DNA of 64,000 nucleotides. It comes from Lepidodermella squamata. Its lineage: Eukaryota > Animalia > Gastrotricha. The stretch spans positions 1,364,001-1,428,000 of the forward strand of contig JBLDXI010000029.1 in assembly GCA_047495785.1 (NCBI GenBank). Reading direction: 5' to 3'. The notes beneath the pieces are model-generated. The model ran no database searches. It was not told the DNA's origin and worked only from the letters and a program-made list of their open reading frames with translations. The position numbers were made by a program, and so were the translations under genes. Shown here one piece after another: positions 49,512 through 60,822 of this stretch (positions are counted from its first letter, which is position 1; the number at the start of each line of letters is the position of its first letter).

Positions 49512-50049
49512 TTAAAAAAGAATACGCCGATGGATGTTTGAAAAAGTGAAACAATTACTCGAGCAATTAGAGTTGATTTGAACGAAGGCGTTATAAATCA
49601 TCGGTGATTGTTAGTTCGCGGTCGCGGCCTGTCAACTTGAACAATAATATTATACAGCGTATTAGACTTGCAGTCATCCGCCATTATGACTCTGAATAAC
49701 ATATTAAAAACACAGCATTCATTCCATATGTTCCATGACACCCTTAATAGAACTCGTTAAAAATCAAAATAAGAATGATTTAGGTAGCGTTTTTTATCTG
49801 TGCGTTGTATTTCGTGCGTTACCGATCAATATTAATTTGTTAATCTTTTCAATTTTATATTTCAATGAAATGGGATTAATGAGGGTACCAAGTCGTGCTG
49901 ATGGTACCTTTCAGTGTCTTCAACCATGCAAAAACAATATTTACACACCTATAAGCGCATGGCATACCCTCAAAGCGGTTATATTGTCCATAAGCGGCTG
50001 CCGTATTGCATCATCATCATAGTCTTATATCTTTGTTCTATTAGCGAAG

Positions 50050-51538
50050 ATGAATACCACACATAAATTAGCCACATTTATTGTAATTTGTACTTTCTTG
50101 GCTAGTTTTGCCGCCTACTATTCCACATTCGATGCGATTGTATACCATCGGAAGAAACTAGCGAGTCGTCTCAATGAACACAAAATTGGATCGAGAGTGT
50201 TGAAAACTCTAAACCTTCATCCTCTATCCCGTGGCGCTGGTTACGAAGCCGGTGATGAGGCAATTATATTCACGGAAGCGTTTCGAATTTTTCCGGAAGA
50301 TCCTCCTTCAGCTTTAGAGCTGTTGAAAACGTCATGGCAAGTGTACAACTTGACAAAGGCCTCAGGCTACTCGAATACCATCCCTCTTCCCGAAATCATC
50401 AATGGACTTCACTCTCTTGCGATGATGCTTGGCAAACCTGATGAGGCTATGGACACCATCCGATCGGCCCTGACGCAGCCGGAATTCGCCGAAGACGAGG
50501 AGTTTCGAAACATATTAGAAAAGATACTCCACGAAATACCCCAACTAACTATTCTTCAATATTTACAGGTATATTTGCCAATTTTTTTATAATCTCTGTA
50601 CGGAGTAATTAATATGTAGACGCAAGGGGCTGATTTAAACAAAGCTCCCGTTGAATTTCAAGTGCAAAAGGCCAAGGAACTTGAAAGAATTGATCAATAC
50701 GACATCTGCCAAGAAAAGTCCATGAATGAAATTCTGCGGCGTAAATCAGCTAATCCTGAGCTTTTCTGCCGATATGACAATCGAAACAAACATCCTTTTC
50801 TTGTTTATTCTCCTGTCAAGGAAGAAATTCTCAATCTGGAACCAGTAGTAATACTGGTGTACGACCTGGCGACTGAAAATGAGTCATCGCGCCTGAGGGA
50901 GGAAGCTCAAAAGAGCCTCTCGCCCGCAGCAATGATGGACCACCAAACACATATAAATGTGGTCAAGTACGAACATAGAAGGTCGGATCTCTCTTGGATT
51001 CCGTCATCCTTCGCCCCCCAACTAACGCGCAGAATCGGGGCCATATTCGGCTTGGAAGCCAATGACGGTGACGGATGCGAGAAATACCAGGTATGAACTT
51101 TTTCTTCTAAGCGATCATCTTTCAATTTACTGGTATTAGGTGAATCACTACGGGATAGGAGGCCACTACAGGCCTCATCCAGATTTCGCTGAGCCAAGTG
51201 TTGACCCTGAAACAGGCGATCGCATCGCTACTCTCCTGATGTATTTCAACGATGTCGAGGAAGGTGGTGGGACAATGTTCCGAGATTTGAAGTTCGGCGT
51301 CTTACCTGTCAATCGGGCTGGTCTCTTCTGGTTCAATATGCATAAAAATGAGACAGCAAATCAAAATACGTATCATGGCGGCTGCCCTGTGATCCGCGGC
51401 CATAAATGGGTAGCGAACAAATGGTTTCGATTCCGCGGCCAGTTTCATCACAAAAAATGCGGCCTCACAAAGGATGAAGACTTTGTTTTGGCTGATCTAA
51501 TCACGCCTGATTCAATTAAACATACTCAGATGAAGTAA
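50050..51538 (+). CDS. P4HA: Prolyl 4-hydroxylase alpha-like, copy 2 (3 exons)
   Basis: LFCRY..PFLVYSPVKEEIL.LEP, YQV|NHYGIGGHYRPHPDF, GDRIATLLMYFNDVEEGGGTMF, HGGCPVIRGHKWVANKW; N-terminal hydrophobic anchor. Confidence 0.93.
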
Positions 51539-51711
51539 CTTCAATAAAGGCTCGAATGCCAGCTTTCAATCTTCGTTCATAGAATTTCTGAGATTTAACG
51601 GACTGTGGGTATAATTAATAATTCAAAATCACCAGAAGATAACCAGAGAAGTCAAGCCGCAAATTTATGTTTTTACAGTTTATTTATCAACAATTAATCG
51701 AGAATAATTTA

Positions 51712-52956
51712 TCACGAAACTATGCGAAAGAACACTTTAAAGGCCACGATAAGGCTTTCGCGAAATTCACTGATTCGTTTTCTGTTTTTCATATTCGATA
51801 ACACATTTTCGCTATCCAATTCTACGGCATGTGAAAAGAAGACACCAGCTTGCATGATCAACGCGATGTAATACATCGAAGCGACTTCGTCATCGCTGAG
51901 GTTTCGAAAATACGCAACCATCGGCTCGAAAACATCAAGCAATTTGTTGACTTTCGTCGCAGACGCTAAAATTGTTTTGCGGGTTGCAGGCTGGGAAAGC
52001 GATAAATTCTTCGGATGGGACACCGTGTTGATGAATCGAAGGTAGCTCAACACGGGCAAAATGTGCTGTAAGCTGAAGCGATCCAACAAGCCAGATAGAC
52101 CTTGCGCGAAAAGTTTAACAATTTTGCTGAGTAATTGAGGGTCATCTTTCGCCCTATTCGATGTTTTGAGCAAATCCATGTAAGCAAGCTGAACAACTCG
52201 AAGTAAAATAGCCTGACATTCCAAGTCACATGCTTCATCCATTGAGGCACCGCCTATCACGGCACAGCATTGGCAACCATGGCTCAGGTAGTCCATATCA
52301 GAAATCGCTTTTAAAAAGCGCCTCGACGTGATTTTCCCCATCTTGAAGGTGGTTGTTGAAGTCGAGAAGGCTAGAATAGCTACGGCATTCAAGCAGCATG
52401 ATGCCATCTCTTCAGGCTTCTCCTCCATACCCATGACAATTGTTGAGAAGAAATTTTCAGTGAAGTCCCGATTTTTCGCCAGGTTTTTGATGCCTTCTTC
52501 GTTGTTTCGAAGTGCCATGGTCACCAGACAAAATGATTCGATAATGGAGAAAAATTCAGTCCAAGGTACCTTAGTAGGCATATTCCTCAGGATGACGCTC
52601 ATAAAGAACTCAAGCTTAGAAGCATAGTGACAGAAAAGATCAACCTGTTTAATGATGTACTTGTTCAAGAGATGGCGTTGTTTTGGCGAGTATAGAATCT
52701 TCGTAATTGTGGAGTCGATTTTGCTGTCAAGCTCGCTGAAGAACGTACCAGGCTGATAGGTTCTCTGCCAACTGCTGAGCCAACGAATTTTGGTGCCAAG
52801 AAATAAGCTGGCGTCGATTTCCAACAATTTTGCTAATTTCTTATTCCAAGTCTTAACGTCCCAAATTTCGTCGAGGAGTAGCGATGAATCAAAGCTATTA
52901 ATCTCCTTCATAGCCTTTCGGTGACCCTGCATGATTTCTTCGAAACCAGCCATCAT
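51712..52956 (-). CDS. Orphan alpha-helical protein (family H, copy 1)
   Basis: ~415-codon uninterrupted ORF, helical composition, collinear similarity to 58457-59674; an upstream exon is possible. Confidence 0.75.
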   Translation of the reverse strand: MMAGFEEIMQGHRKAMKEINSFDSSLLLDEIWDVKTWNKKLAKLLEIDASLFLGTKIRWLSSWQRTYQPGTFFSELDSKIDSTITKILYSPKQRHLLNKYIIKQVDLFCHYASKLEFFMSVILRNMPTKVPWTEFFSIIESFCLVTMALRNNEEGIKNLAKNRDFTENFFSTIVMGMEEKPEEMASCCLNAVAILAFSTSTTTFKMGKITSRRFLKAISDMDYLSHGCQCCAVIGGASMDEACDLECQAILLRVVQLAYMDLLKTSNRAKDDPQLLSKIVKLFAQGLSGLLDRFSLQHILPVLSYLRFINTVSHPKNLSLSQPATRKTILASATKVNKLLDVFEPMVAYFRNLSDDEVASMYYIALIMQAGVFFSHAVELDSENVLSNMKNRKRISEFRESLIVAFKVFFRIVS

Positions 52957-53436
52957 TGAGAACTGCAACCCCTGTATCAGAGGGTTTTTAAACTGTTAGG
53001 ATGGATAATTTATTAATGTTGCTTTAGGGATTAGAATCTAAGAATTTTTGTTAGCTCGTGCTAACAACCTGTTTCCATAAATGAATCGATACTTTTTGCG
53101 GCACCTGAAAAACGTAATCCACTTCAAGCTTCACATTCTTTTTCGTTCTACTTTGATATATTTGATCGGCTGGGCTCTAGCAGAACACTCGGGGAACTTG
53201 AGAATATTCGTTCATTGATCTGCAAAGCGGAACATTCCACAACGTAGAAACTAGTTTCAGGTCCATTATCGTAGGTGGTGAAAACGCAACTTTTGCAGGG
53301 CACCATATCTATTGATAATTAGCCGAAACAGTAATTGTCACGTCTACAATTAGTAATGATTAGCATAATACTTCAGTGACGTGAATTGACAGTCGCCGCG
53401 CTGTTTTCTTCAGTGGATGCTTCATTCACACAGAAA

Positions 53437-55701
53437 ATGATTTTGCATAATTTCTACCTATTTATGGGCCTAATCTGTTGCCAATATTTCAATTCCGCAT
53501 CGGCAATCAAGCCATATCGCTTGAAGTTACCAGTTTATTTGCCATTAACTGGCCTAGCCACTAGCTTCGAACAATCGATAATTGTTCAACAAATGGCAGT
53601 GGATCTTGTTAACAATCGAAGCGACATTCTACCTGATTACAACGTTGAAATCGAAGTTTTGAATGAAGAGGCTGAAAGTTCTCTTGCTGTATCATCCATG
53701 TTCGATTTCATTCGACGTTACGAGCAAGACGAAGATGTATTCATATCTCCAATATCTCTTGGGCTATTATTCCCACTGGGCTGCAAAGCCTGGGCAGGGG
53801 TCGCTCATCACCTGAAAATGGTGGCTCTAGCAGCTAGTTGCCCTTCTCGATTGCTAACTGCTAATCGAGATCGATATCCCAACTTTTATCGATCAGTAAG
53901 TCCTATAGAAACATTCACAATGACCCAACTGTATTTCATTAAATTCATCGCAAAATGGTCGAATGTTGCACTTCTGAGCGCTGCGTCGTCATATGCGTTG
54001 GAATCTTCAACTCTGACTTACGGGCTGTACCAACAATTTGGCATAAACATTCAATCTTTTGAGTTTGCCACAGAAGCAAGCGACGAACTGATGCAATCAT
54101 TCAAAGCAAAGCACTGCCGGGTTATCATTTTGCAATCCGACGATTTTCGGCTCAATATTGACTTTTTATGCCAGACTTATGCGAATGGAATGCGGGGAGA
54201 TCGATACATGTTTATCCTAAATATGATTCTGTTATTCGACCCGAATTCTTTGCCCGAATACCTCTTGCGCCCAGGTTGTAAATCTGATCATATCAAGCAG
54301 CAGCTAGAGCAGACGGTGTACATCGGAATTCCGGCTGGGTTTGTTCCACCTAATGATCGCAAGGACGAATTGGGCTTAACACTACAAGAATTCGAAAATA
54401 TGTTCAAAACGAATTATGGTAGGAATAAAATGGCCGCCGACTACCCATATCGGCATCTAAGTTACGATCTCGTGTTGCAGGGATTAATGGCTCTGGATAG
54501 ATCGGAGAAGCTACTGAGGGCCCACAATTTATCGCTTAGAGATTACCACAGTAATCCAGATGAAGTAATGAAAGCTGTTAATATAAGTTTGCTCCAATCA
54601 GACTTCAAAAGTCTTCAATTCGGCAGGTATCGTTATTCCCAACGCGGCGAAGCCGACTACATTCCTCAGTTCATCGGAAGATGGAATCGTTTAACCGGCC
54701 TGCAAATAACAAATTTGGTCAAGTTGAGGGAAAATGAAACTGTTACTAACCTCTCTTCATATACAGCCGAATTTTTAACAAAGTTCGGGAAGATTCCCAA
54801 CGATTCACCGAGCCACTTGGTTGATAAAGGAGGCATAAGCGATGAAGCTTTCGCTAGCTTCAGCATTGCTGCGACTATCCCAGTTGTAATTCAGTTGCTC
54901 TCGATGGCCGTGAAATCCAACAGAGACCCATTGGAGGCAGTCGAATTCTTGATAAGTATTTGCTTACAAGCGATCGGCTCGACTTTAATGGCACTACCGC
55001 CACAATTGAAATCTTCGGTATCATGTCAACTTGCTTTCTTCTTTGTAGGAGTAGGCTTGCTGTTCTTCTACATACTAATGGCTGTTGCTGTTCACAGCCA
55101 GTTATCTGTGATAACGAGGGCGGTAAGCTCACATTCTACGAGGATGGGCAGGCCACTGAAACGAGAACAGCCCGTTAGAAAGGCGTTAAAGATGGCTATA
55201 TCCGAAGCTATCTTGGCTTTAGTATTGCCCATTTTATGGTTAACATTTGACCGACCATTCTTGCAAACTTACGAAGCTTTTTCTCAGTTTAACGAGAAGG
55301 AAGATATTATAGTTTTCAAGAGAAATTGTTTCTGCCAGTCGAATTACTTCATTGAATGGATCGCAGCAACGCTTGGGATGAATTTGGCTATACTGTTGGC
55401 TGTGCTAGGGCGTTTTATCAAGCTACGACAATTTTTCAAGCATTCCAGGAGGTTCAAGCGGCCAAAGCGAATCGTTGTCTCTATCTTAATCTGTATAACT
55501 CTTTTACCAGCGACATCACTCATTGCATTTATCGTTGATTCCACCGCAGCTGTAGAGCTTACTGTGTTAATCGCGATTGCAATCCAGTCAGCGGTGGTTT
55601 GTAGCTTGCTCGGCTTTGGATTGCCAAAACGCTCGGCTCATCATGTCGAGCAATCTTCGAACTTTGTCCTTAGCCCGGTCCCAGCTTCGCCCCTCAATTG
55701 A
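53437..55701 (+). CDS. Class C GPCR, GABA-B-receptor-like (Venus-flytrap + 7TM), intronless, copy 1
   Basis: Signal peptide, MAVDLVNNRSDILPDY, NRDRYPNFYRS, KWSNVALL, CRVIIL, YDLVL; no Cys-rich linker; multiple TM helices with LILWLTFDRP-type and CxS..W motifs. Confidence 0.88.
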   Translation: MILHNFYLFMGLICCQYFNSASAIKPYRLKLPVYLPLTGLATSFEQSIIVQQMAVDLVNNRSDILPDYNVEIEVLNEEAESSLAVSSMFDFIRRYEQDEDVFISPISLGLLFPLGCKAWAGVAHHLKMVALAASCPSRLLTANRDRYPNFYRSVSPIETFTMTQLYFIKFIAKWSNVALLSAASSYALESSTLTYGLYQQFGINIQSFEFATEASDELMQSFKAKHCRVIILQSDDFRLNIDFLCQTYANGMRGDRYMFILNMILLFDPNSLPEYLLRPGCKSDHIKQQLEQTVYIGIPAGFVPPNDRKDELGLTLQEFENMFKTNYGRNKMAADYPYRHLSYDLVLQGLMALDRSEKLLRAHNLSLRDYHSNPDEVMKAVNISLLQSDFKSLQFGRYRYSQRGEADYIPQFIGRWNRLTGLQITNLVKLRENETVTNLSSYTAEFLTKFGKIPNDSPSHLVDKGGISDEAFASFSIAATIPVVIQLLSMAVKSNRDPLEAVEFLISICLQAIGSTLMALPPQLKSSVSCQLAFFFVGVGLLFFYILMAVAVHSQLSVITRAVSSHSTRMGRPLKREQPVRKALKMAISEAILALVLPILWLTFDRPFLQTYEAFSQFNEKEDIIVFKRNCFCQSNYFIEWIAATLGMNLAILLAVLGRFIKLRQFFKHSRRFKRPKRIVVSILICITLLPATSLIAFIVDSTAAVELTVLIAIAIQSAVVCSLLGFGLPKRSAHHVEQSSNFVLSPVPASPLN

Positions 55702-56448
55702 TTCATCGTTTGTTGATATTCAGAGTCTCACAGATTCGCCATTTTTACTATAACTCTTTTTCACTGGCTAGAAAATGTTTTTCTTCACTGGCGCTTTTAT
55801 CCAGGTTAAGAGCTTTAACCACGCGCTTGAATCTTGATGCTTGAAGCCTGTGTTCCATTTGATTTTCATGACCAAAAAGAAATGAATGCGGGCACGTAGT
55901 ACATAATTAGCTGATAATGATCATCAATAAAGAAAAAATAACGGGATCTGGTTTGACTCATTTTCTCCTTTGCTTCCTTGTCGCCAATCAGTTCAAAGAC
56001 CATGAAATGAAATACGGAAGCCTGAAGTTACCAGTTCAAGCATTATTTTACCGTAATACCCGTAAATACCGTAAATACCCGTAACACAGACCACCAATAA
56101 ATCGGTTTCTCTCTCTAGGGGTGACGTAAAAATCAGGAATCAGTTGACATAGAGAGCAGCTTGATGCGCAACAATTTGTTAAAGACCAGGATTTGCTGCT
56201 ATTCCTTATCTCTAAAAGGGATCACCTACTGGAATGTCATTTGCCACACCCATAGTCCTTATTTGTGGTACGAGAATGCATACTATGATCTAGGATAGGG
56301 CTGAGACTTATGCTATCATTTGACACGGTCAAGTGCTATCAGCAAGTTACATGATAATTAGTCAATCTGAGAATTCCTTTGGGGTTACTTATGTTATTAC
56401 CAGGCATTAATTCCAATATTTATCCAGTCACAGCCACGACACTTGCTC

Positions 56449-56456
56449 TATATAAA
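56449..56456 (+). promoter_or_regulatory. TATA box of beta-helix gene
   Basis: TATATAAA ~36 nt upstream of ATG 56492. Confidence 0.55.
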
Positions 56457-56491
56457 GGCGGTGTTTGATCATCGAAAGTATAGCAAAACTG

Positions 56492-58363
56492 ATGTCTTCA
56501 CTCTGTTTCCTGTTGGTAGTGCTGCTTGGTTTGGCAGCTCAATCGTGCGCACAGCTTACACCTCTCAATGCAGAGACCCTGCAAAATCAATTTGCCGCAG
56601 CTAGAAACTACTACAAATACCCAGCTGGGAATTACTATGTCTATAACACTCCATCACGCCAAGCCTATCACTTACAACTCAAATGTCCAACTCTGGACCC
56701 GATAGAGGTCGACTTCACTGGCGTGAAACTCACCTTCAAAGACATTAGCAAAGGCGGTATTCTGTTCGAAGGCTGCAACAAGTTGAACTTTCACGGGGTG
56801 ACTATAACCTGGGATCCGCTACCTTTCACGCAAGGCACGATAACAGCTGTGAGTGGGGCAGGCATCACCTTCAAGGTTCATGACTATTATCCCGTCGATT
56901 TCCTAAACCCCTCAAGAATTCCTAACCCATTCGCATGGGCTGTAGACCGTAATTCAGGGAAAATCAAGCCAGGCACTTGGGACATTCACGCGCAGAGGAT
57001 CAAGGACTTTGGAGGATTTTCGTAAGGTTTTAATAGCTAAGTTGAAGTTTCATTTCTCATCCAATCTCGCAGATACCGATTAGTGTTCCAGAATGGCAAT
57101 AATCCATCGGTAAATATTGGAGTGAATGATTATCTGGTGGTCAGAGGGCCTTGTAACATTCACGGCATCAACATAAGAAATACGGGGTCTTCAACGTTTC
57201 AACAACTGACCATCAACACCTCGCCATGTTTTGGAATCCTTGAAGAAGGCAGCCCATCAGCCAACACCTACTCAGGCATAACCATAGCTCCCGGGGCAAG
57301 ACCTAGTGGCGCATCAATCGATCCGCTGTTATCAACCGTTGCTGATGGAATCCACTCGATAAGCTCCTACAACGGCCCTGTTGTAACCGGTTGCAAAATC
57401 GACCGAGCTGGGGATGACGCAATCGCTATTCATGGAAGATGGTCCTTAGTCGCGAAATCTGATAAGAATCGGAAAACAATAACTGTCATCGACAAAAATG
57501 AGTGGTCAACTAATCCGTTTTACGAGGGCGATGAAATCAACGTCTACGATAAAACTCTGACTTGGATCGGAACTGGTAAGGTGAAATCAGCTTGGAGACC
57601 CTCTGAAAAAACTTCGCAATCGAGCTCTACAATGTCGGCTATGAATCCAACCAACTCTAACGACCGAGTTTACACAGAAATCGAACTCTACAACTGGCCA
57701 TTTTGGCAGGAAGTAACATTCGATTGCGTGGTTTCGAACCCAAGTCGAAATGCGAGATTGTCATCAGTAACCTGGAATAACATTACGTACAATCGAGGCC
57801 GAGGCATTCTCTACAAAGGCTGGTCCGGTGCAATATCAAACAATCGAATAGATGGGAGCAGCATTGGTGGTATTGCTTTATTCCCTGAGGTTGCAGATTT
57901 TGTTGAAGGAGACTTCTCTCGGCAAGTTACTATCACGGATAATACGATAAGCTACGTGTCTTATGCCCAGTCGCAAATGGGGGCGATTATGGTCGCTGCC
58001 AACTACGACAGATCCCAGGGCTTCAATTTTGTGACGGGGAAAGGGCATGATAACATCGAGATAAGTCGTAATCATATCTGGAGTGTGATTTTCACGAACA
58101 TTGTGGTGACATCAGCAAATAATGTGAAAGTTGGAAATAACGATTTTCATGGGGCAATGTGTAGTGGCAGACCTACGAATGGAATGGGTTTCCATCAGAT
58201 AGCAAATACTGGCTTCACCAGAATCATCTGGAGTATGCATACGCAGGGAATTCAGGTCTGTGGGAACACGTTCGATAAACTTGGCCATGAATGCCCAGGA
58301 ACGGATTACAGCGGTCAATCTTTCTGGTATGAAAAAGCTAGTGTTAGTGTGACGGCCTGTTAA
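56492..58363 (+). CDS. Secreted right-handed parallel beta-helix protein (pectin-lyase fold, GH110-like glycosidase); exons 56492-57021, 57074-58363
   Basis: Signal peptide; motifs WDPLPFTQGTI, LLSTVADGIH, GDDAIAIHG, NRGRGILYK; repeated Asn-ladder strands (ISNNRI, ITDNTI, ISRNHI); one 52-nt GT-AG intron joins the two ORFs in frame. Confidence 0.85.
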
Positions 58364-58456
58364 GGAAAGACTACACTTGCCCCTTACGTATTTGATATGT
58401 TGATTCAAAATAAAAGATAACCCAGCGAGCTTGTTTTTATTCGACCGTAACACAGT

Positions 58457-59674
58457 CTAGTAATTCTCAACTAGCCACAACAGAGAAAATGAGAGCAAAA
58501 AAAGAAAAACAGTTAAAACAGCAGAAAAAATGGCCAAATCAGTAACAGCAAACGTATTCAAGCCTTTCTTCGACTCTCTGGAAAAGCAAGCCAAAGCCTT
58601 GAGTGCAGCTGGTTCTGCCACGCCGCCCAAAGCCCGAAGTTTCGAGCACAAGATTTCCTTTCGGTCATCGTAAGAAACTTTGCGTAAAACCTTAGGGTCT
58701 ACAATCGGCTTCTCTGGATTTGCAATAACAGCCAAGCCATCGCAAACTTCAATCGAAATCTTGTCGTCGCCACTTTTTTCGATAATGAAACGGCAAAATG
58801 CGTTGAAAATCTTGCCGTCAGCTTTCGAGTTCCTGAACTTGCGCAGTTCGACCGGCGATTCAGAGATTTTGACAAGAGCCATGATGAGTTGATGGATGAA
58901 ATTCGGGCAAGCATCACCAAGGTCGAACTTTGATTCGAGGTTCCCCTGCAAGATTGCGTCCAGCTTACTGTCCTTAATGGCGATTTCAAGGAAATCAGCA
59001 GGCGAGAAGTCGCCCATGTCGAAAGAATTTGACGATTTCGCCCGTGCCAAGCTACAGCATGCTAGAAACATCTTCGTGAAAAGCGACTGGTCGATGAGAT
59101 CGGGTTTCTTCGTAGCCATTGACAAAAGCTCGAAGTAGCGATCAGTAAACGTTAAATCTTGAACGATGTCGCGGTAGTAGCCATCAAATCCAGGGCGGTC
59201 TGAGATCAATGCAGCTGTAATGAGCTCGGCAACTCGGTTGAAATGTTCCTCACTCCTCATGCCAACCACGTCTTGCATAGCAATCAGCAGAAGATTCGCA
59301 GCTTGATGAGAGAAGAACACGGGGCTAGCCAAGAAATAACCACCAAGCAAATCGTATCTTCGGGTGTTGAGAAGAGCATCGATAATGGGTAGTAATTTCT
59401 TATCAGCCGGTGACTCGACCAAACGTTCAAATGTTTCGAAATCGCCGTCGTTTTTAGCGTGATAAGCTGCGGCGGAGTGGAAGGTTTCAAGCAAGTAAAT
59501 TTCGTTGAGTTTGGCGTGCCATTTACCGAGGCTCATTGTGCCATTCGTCACAGCGACGGAGTCGATTGGCTTCAGAGCACGTTGCCATTCGTTTGCGATT
59601 GTCAGCTCGCGACTGGCGGATTTCGAGTTGCCAGAGCGCATGATTTTGTTGAAAGTCTTCACGTGCTTGGCCAT
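58457..59674 (-). CDS. Orphan alpha-helical protein with C-terminal TM (family H, copy 2)
   Basis: ~405-codon intronless ORF ending in LAIFSAVLTVFLFLLSFSLLWLV; similar to 51712-52956. Confidence 0.78.
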   Translation of the reverse strand: MAKHVKTFNKIMRSGNSKSASRELTIANEWQRALKPIDSVAVTNGTMSLGKWHAKLNEIYLLETFHSAAAYHAKNDGDFETFERLVESPADKKLLPIIDALLNTRRYDLLGGYFLASPVFFSHQAANLLLIAMQDVVGMRSEEHFNRVAELITAALISDRPGFDGYYRDIVQDLTFTDRYFELLSMATKKPDLIDQSLFTKMFLACCSLARAKSSNSFDMGDFSPADFLEIAIKDSKLDAILQGNLESKFDLGDACPNFIHQLIMALVKISESPVELRKFRNSKADGKIFNAFCRFIIEKSGDDKISIEVCDGLAVIANPEKPIVDPKVLRKVSYDDRKEILCSKLRALGGVAEPAALKALACFSRESKKGLNTFAVTDLAIFSAVLTVFLFLLSFSLLWLVENY

Positions 59675-60578
59675 ATTTTTATATGAACCTAGAAATTCGA
59701 AAATAATCAAATGTATAACTGTATAACTGTATAATGGAATAAGGGATCCGATTAATTTCCTAGGGAAAAATTGGGGAAAGGCAACACTGTAAAATCAAAG
59801 CCGGTCTTAAGCGGACAAGAAAAGAGGGCATTAAAACCAAATTTCGAATTTTAACCTCGAAAAATATTCAAAAATATAAGCCTGTTCACATGTCACCCCG
59901 AATTGTTTCCTCCTCCACTAGCTGGAATGTTTACTTAACACACTTGATACTTGGGGTGCAGGATTACTGCGAAGAATTGTCGAGTCCCATACATGTGACA
60001 CATAGCCTCGGTCTTTTTGTTGTCTCGGAGATGGGTGGAACGAAACAATTTACTTTCCAGGTGTGACTCCATAAACTATCCATTTACTATCCATAAACAA
60101 TTGTGAAATTCCTGTTAATTCATTGAAAAGATTGCAAAAATGATACTAAACCACAGGAAACCTACAAGGTCCCGTAACTTAGGTCGAACTTAATGAAAAT
60201 AAAGAAAGACTCCTGATTTAGCCAACGAATTTGATAAGGTTGTTTCTGGATGAGATATGATCCTTACTGAGTTTGAGAAGCAGAATATTATGACCCAACA
60301 ATTTCGTAAGTGGAAAGCCGTATTAATACACATATCAAAATACGCGTGCTTATTCAAGTTTGAATATGATATTAGCCTACTATAAAGTGCGCCCTGGGAA
60401 CCTGTGGTATGAATATCCGTTTAACATGAGCAGCTTTTTCAGTGAATTAAAGAACACTTTCTTGCATTTGTTTCTTTGAAATTCTTCAACTTCCACCAAA
60501 GTTAAAGTTCTTTCTTAAAAACCGAGAAATAAGATTACCAGATGATAATAATTCAAAAATAAGGCCAAGGAACCAAAC

Positions 60579-60616
60579 ACCGACGCGTTTCGGCTTTTTA
60601 TGGCCATCTTCAGGGT
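60579..60616 (-). ncRNA. Minimal type I hammerhead ribozyme motif (Penelope-associated type)
   Basis: Minus strand reads ACC-CUGAAGA-U-GGC-cauaaaaa-GCC-GAAA-CGCG-UC-GGU: full catalytic core, stems I and II, and a palindromic short stem III. Confidence 0.75.
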
Positions 60617-60697
60617 CTAACAAAGAAATTTACAACATCAATTAAGCTAATTTCAGTTTCAACAACCAGTACGGCCTCTCACCTCATTTTGTTACCA

Positions 60698-60822
60698 GTT
60701 GATGAAGATTATAAAATTGCAGTATTAGTTAAATTTACATCATACATCATACATCATACATTACATCATAAATGTTATGATGTAAATTTAACTAATACTG
60801 AAATTTTATAATCTTCATCAAC
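60698..60822. repeat. AT-rich palindrome (~50-bp arms) with internal ACATCAT tandem repeats
   Basis: GTTGATGAAGATTATAAAATTGCAGTATTAGTTAAATTTACATCATA ... TATGATGTAAATTTAACTAATACTGAAATTTTATAATCTTCATCAAC. Confidence 0.8.

Noticed and set aside
56050-56085. Short tandem TACC(C)GTAA(A) repeats; similar microsatellites at ~3773 and ~27104
   Set aside because: Simple slippage repeats with no spacers; not CRISPR-like and not telomeric arrays.
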